A stretch of DNA of 64,000 nucleotides from Bacillota bacterium (lineage in GTDB: Bacteria; Bacillota; Dehalobacteriia; UBA4068), in the NCBI GenBank assembly GCA_050949225.1, contig JBMNFI010000002.1, forward strand, positions 125,003 through 189,002, in the 5' to 3' direction. Position numbers and translations under genes: made by a program. The notes beneath the pieces are model-generated. The model saw only the letters and a program-made list of their open reading frames with translations. It did no database searches and was not told the origin of the DNA. Position 1 is the first letter of the stretch. The number at the start of each line of letters is the position of its first letter. Below are positions 60,327 through 64,000 of the stretch, piece after piece.

Positions 60327-60403
60327 GGCGCGTTGGAGAAGCGGTTTAACTCACCAGCCTTTCACGCTGGCACTCAGGGGTTCGAATCCCCTACGCGTCA
60401 CCA
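60327..60403 (+). tRNA. tRNA-Glu (TTC)
   Basis: Arm CCAGC-CT TTC AC-GCTGG, GGTTCGAATCC, CCA end. Confidence 0.93.
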
Positions 60404-60435
60404 CCCGAGCCGCCATGAGGTGGCTCAAATTTTTT

Positions 60436-60509
60436 GCGGGTGTAGCTCAGTGGTAGAGCGCTGGCTTCCCAAGCCAGACATGCGGGTTCGATTCCCGCCA
60501 CCCGCTCCA
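60436..60509 (+). tRNA. tRNA-Gly (CCC)
   Basis: GCGGGTG/CACCCGC-TCCA, arm CTGGC-TT CCC AA-GCCAG. Confidence 0.95.
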
Positions 60510-61061
60510 AAAGGTTTTTTACTAAAAGGTGCTGTTTTTTTGTATAAAAAGATAAACTTTGGACTTGAGCAAAACGGAAATATTTAGACCGCTGAACACA
60601 GTAAGTCAAATATCCAGAAGGCAGGAATGCCGAGTATTATGTCAAAAAATAAATTAAGAAAAGCTTATAAATGCAAAGATCCTCTTTCTATAGTTTTTTG
60701 TAGGTGTATCGTTGAGCAATGGTGATAAGTATCAAACAGCCCCACTATAGTGGGGCTGTTTTTAGGTTTTTGGAAACAGAAAGGAGGCTGATGAGGAAAA
60801 AGGTATATGATAACTATAAAGGATGAGTTGGGCGAGACTTTTAAGAATTTAATGTGTTTGTTTACTGCAGCTAAGCATTTTTGGATAGCTGAGATAATTT
60901 TTTATGTAAAGACGCTATATTCGCCCATAAAGAGGGAAGGCATCTACTTTCCTATCAATATACAAGATGGTTGCCTCCTGGGGGGATCTTAGGGGTAATT
61001 CCGGCGGGAATTAATCGGCATCGCATGGGCCAGCTTAGCTGATGAGTGGTAACAGGATCAA

Positions 61062-61099
61062 AAAAACCCCTCTTAACGATTTCGTTAAGAGGGGTTTTT
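61062..61099. terminator. Bidirectional terminator
   Basis: AAAAACCCCTCTTAACGA-TT-TCGTTAAGAGGGGTTTTT. Confidence 0.85.
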
Positions 61100-61129
61100 G
61101 CATTACTTAGCTATATATAATTCCTAGTT

Positions 61130-62134
61130 TTACTGTGGCTCTGGAAAGTCAACTGCAACCGCTGCAGTCCAGGTTGCTTCACCAGCATAGCCATTGACGC
61201 TGACATCAACGCAAAGGACTTTACCAACATTATCGCTGGTTACACTGTATGATGCTTCTGTGCCAACGATATTATCTGTTCCTTGATAATACCATTTATA
61301 GTTGGCATTAGGGTTTGGTGGATATGAATAAATTGGTGTTTCTACTCCGTTAAGACGGGTTTCAATGTTCGCATTAAGAACCTGACCGACAACAGGTGCC
61401 GTCACTAATGTTATGCCATCTCCATGTGCATCTACTACACCTACTCCTGTTACATGTGGTGACATTAATTCTTCAAAATAAGCAATAAATCTATCCATTA
61501 CAGCGGCTACTTGAGCTCTGTTTGATAAACCTTTAGGGTCAAAGTTATTTTTGCCAACGCCTTCTACAATTTCAGCATTTTGGGCCCATGCTACAGCTTC
61601 TAAAGCAAATTTTGAAATTTTAGCATTGTCATCAAAAGTTGATGTACCTGTTGGTACAGTAATGCCTTCATACTTAGTAATAAAGTTTATCAAAAACCGA
61701 ACCATTTCTTCTCTGGTCATATTTCTATCAGGTGCGAATTTGTCTCCGCCTACCCCATTTGTAACTTGAGTTTCATAGGCCCATGTTATAGCGGGGCCAT
61801 ACCATTTTGTATAATCAACATCTGTAAAAGCTTCTTGTGCCCCTACTGTTGCGGGGACGACTTGTCCTGCTCCTGCATAATTATAAAGAACTTGCACAGC
61901 CTGTGCGCGAGTGAAGGTATCCTTTGGTCCGAAAAGACCATTAGGATAGCCTACCATAATGCCCTTTTGGGCAACACTTTGGATATTTTCGTAGAACCAT
62001 TGTCCTTCCTTAACATCATCGAATTTTACTTCACCGTTTGCAGTATTTACGGCAAACGCTTGACCAAATGAAAACAAGGTCATGACCATTACTATCACAA
62101 GTGATAGCAATCCTGCTTTTTTAAATCTGTTCAT
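61130..62134 (-). CDS. SLH-domain cell-surface protein
   Basis: Signal peptide (QAFA), three SLH motifs (TRAQA, TREEM, NRAQV), small C-terminal Ig-like domain. Confidence 0.88.
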   Translation of the reverse strand: MNRFKKAGLLSLVIVMVMTLFSFGQAFAVNTANGEVKFDDVKEGQWFYENIQSVAQKGIMVGYPNGLFGPKDTFTRAQAVQVLYNYAGAGQVVPATVGAQEAFTDVDYTKWYGPAITWAYETQVTNGVGGDKFAPDRNMTREEMVRFLINFITKYEGITVPTGTSTFDDNAKISKFALEAVAWAQNAEIVEGVGKNNFDPKGLSNRAQVAAVMDRFIAYFEELMSPHVTGVGVVDAHGDGITLVTAPVVGQVLNANIETRLNGVETPIYSYPPNPNANYKWYYQGTDNIVGTEASYSVTSDNVGKVLCVDVSVNGYAGEATWTAAVAVDFPEPQ

Positions 62135-62585
62135 TTTGCAAAACTTCCTCTCATAAAACATATTTTTTAAAAAAAAGATAAAAACATTATAACATAATAA
62201 CCAAAAAAAGACAATTTAGTAAATAATTAAGAACTCGCAAAAGATTAATGATATGTTCTTTTATCTTTTTTGTTTATATCATGATGGTTATCTGCATGAA
62301 TTGGCAAAAAATTAATATTTATTAAAAAGATTTTTGTTGCATGAAAACCTCTGATATTTTATAAAACGTTTTTTCAGGTTTGTTTATTTATGACTGTAAA
62401 AAGAAGCATGTTTTTTAGTTGTGGAAAAAGGGAAGTCTTTGTTTAATAAAGTTAGCAATTTTTACAACAGTAAAGACCCTTATTCTACAAAAAAGGAAAG
62501 ATAAGCTGTTTTTTATGATAATAAAAAAGACTCGTTCTTGCTGAGTCTTTCTAATAGAATTCGAGATAGGGAAGCTTTTATTTTT

Positions 62586-62680
62586 TGACGATTTGCAATA
62601 AAGACTCTTTAAATTTGTCGTAATTTCATCAATTTTAATCAGTAAGTCCGACAAGATTTTTAAAGATAGTGGTTTATAAT
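62586..62680 (+). promoter_or_regulatory. Putative Spo0A-activated spoIIE promoter
   Basis: 0A-like boxes TGACGAT (62586), TGTCGTA (62616), TCCGACA (62647); CCGACA-N21-TATAAT spacing as in Spo0A-dependent sigmaA promoters. Confidence 0.55.
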
Positions 62681-62741
62681 TTTTATTACAGCAACTTGAC
62701 GGATTTAAAGCTGTGCGGATTTTTGGCGGAGGTGGTTGAAA

Positions 62742-64000
62742 ATGATAGAAAACTCTCAAATTGTTGCGACCAAAAACGGTGAAAAGTTTTGGATGCATGA
62801 GGGAAGGGATGCTGTGCTTAAGGCTGGTCGACTGGGCAGATTTCGGACAGAGGACAAGCTAAGAAGCGGATCGATACGGATTCCCTGGCTTTTGGTCGCT
62901 TGGGCAGCTCTCAGTTTTTTATTGGCAAGGGCAGAGATACTTGGTGGACTTTATCCTTTTATACCGGCTTTTTTAGCGGTGTTGGTTCTCAATTATAATA
63001 AAAAAAGTATTTATGCTTTGATCCCTGCTTTCTTGGGCTTTTTTAGCGTTATGGGTGTAGAGCAGTTATTAATTTATACTGCTATTTCAGCCGTTATTGT
63101 ACTTGCATTAATTTTTTATCCTTTAGATGGGCGTAAACAATGGCTGGTTACTCCTGTAATCGTTTTTATGGTTGTGATGACGGTAAAAGGCTTATTTTTG
63201 GTTTTTAGTGGCTTTGATAGCTATTTATTATGGGTAGTAATTGTCGAAGGTGCTCTGGCTTCCGGGATGACAGTGGTGTTTTTAGTTTTAGCCAGGGCTT
63301 TACGCCGGCTTGATGGCAGTCATCGATTTTCAGCTGATGAGGTAAGTTGCTTTTTTGTTTTAGCAATGGGAATGATTGCGGGGATGGCCAACTGGCAGAT
63401 CGGCGGTTTGGACATGCAGAGTGTTTTTAGCCGTTTTCTTATTATAGTAGTTGCCTATTTGGCAGGGGGTGGTGCCGGTGCGGGGATTGGTGCCATGATT
63501 GGTATTGTGCCTAGTCTTTCTGCTGTTGTTTCTCCTTCTTTAGTTGCTACATATGCCTTTTCCGGTCTTTTGGCGGGTCTTTTCAGTAATTTTGGTCGAG
63601 TGGGTACAGTTTTGGGCTTTTTTGTTGGCAATTTAATTTTGGCTATGTATTTGTTGGATGCAACACAAATTAGTAGTTCTTTGGCCGCCACGGCGGTGGC
63701 CGCGATTATTTTCTTTGTCATTCCTAAGTCTGTTTATAAAGAGTTACGTTTCATTTTTTCATCTGCAGTATTGAAAACAGCTAAGGAGGAAAAAAATGAG
63801 CAATTGATGCGTTTTTCTATGCGTCGCTTGCGTAATGCCAGCTTTGTGTTTAACAATTTAGGAAATACTTTGCATGATATGGTAAAAGAGGAGAAGGGCT
63901 CTGAGAATAAAGATGAAGCCGATGCCCAGATGATTGTGAACCTTCTATCTCGTCAGCTGTGTCAACAGTGTTCGATGTATAAAATTTGTTGGGATTTAGA
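62742..64000 (+). CDS. spoIIE: Stage II sporulation protein E (5' part; runs off window)
   Basis: Not in ORF track. RBS GGAGGTG, ATG 62742; FLLARAEILGGLYPF, GGGAGAG.G...G, YAFSGLLAG, ends in CQQC....CW motif. Confidence 0.9.
   Translation, partial: MIENSQIVATKNGEKFWMHEGRDAVLKAGRLGRFRTEDKLRSGSIRIPWLLVAWAALSFLLARAEILGGLYPFIPAFLAVLVLNYNKKSIYALIPAFLGFFSVMGVEQLLIYTAISAVIVLALIFYPLDGRKQWLVTPVIVFMVVMTVKGLFLVFSGFDSYLLWVVIVEGALASGMTVVFLVLARALRRLDGSHRFSADEVSCFFVLAMGMIAGMANWQIGGLDMQSVFSRFLIIVVAYLAGGGAGAGIGAMIGIVPSLSAVVSPSLVATYAFSGLLAGLFSNFGRVGTVLGFFVGNLILAMYLLDATQISSSLAATAVAAIIFFVIPKSVYKELRFIFSSAVLKTAKEEKNEQLMRFSMRRLRNASFVFNNLGNTLHDMVKEEKGSENKDEADAQMIVNLLSRQLCQQCSMYKICWDL

Noticed and set aside
61038-61060. 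CTGATGA hammerhead core
   Set aside because: No stem II followed by GAAA.
62726-62750. Resemblance of the mini-array spacer to the spoIIE start (GGAGGTGGTTGAAAATGATA)
   Set aside because: Needs gaps and is explained by generic RBS plus ATG content; not a credible protospacer.
62415-62798. 127-aa minus-strand ORF
   Set aside because: Overlaps the spoIIE promoter and start on the opposite strand; no motif.

Overview
Chromosomal window (AT-rich) from an endospore-forming, SLH-bearing anaerobic Firmicute (Clostridia-like). The right half carries housekeeping genes usually found near the replication origin (rpsF-ssb-rpsR, rplI, dnaB, purA, three tRNAs, start of spoIIE). The left half is more accessory: a his operon abutting a truncated ATPase gene, an FmdE/ABC/LarE metal-cofactor cluster, a persulfide-sensor redox operon, an SLH phosphatase, a TM1266 pseudogene plus hydG, a yybP-ykoY riboswitch with a P-type ATPase, a secreted coiled-coil protein, pyrG, an alpha-2-macroglobulin-like protein, a Liv-type ABC system and a corrinoid/methyltransferase pair. 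I saw no transposase, integrase, phage or cas gene. The most unusual signals are: (i) an orphan, leaderless CRISPR-like unit with type I-E geometry (two identical 29-bp repeats, 32-bp spacer) 1 bp after the dnaB stop; (ii) terminator-containing leaders, matching no riboswitch I recognise, that share a motif upstream of the FmdE and hydG units; (iii) LarE next to a CoA-persulfide-reductase operon; (iv) a signal peptidase I with a very long N-terminal extension. All product calls come from motif recognition by eye, not from database searches.
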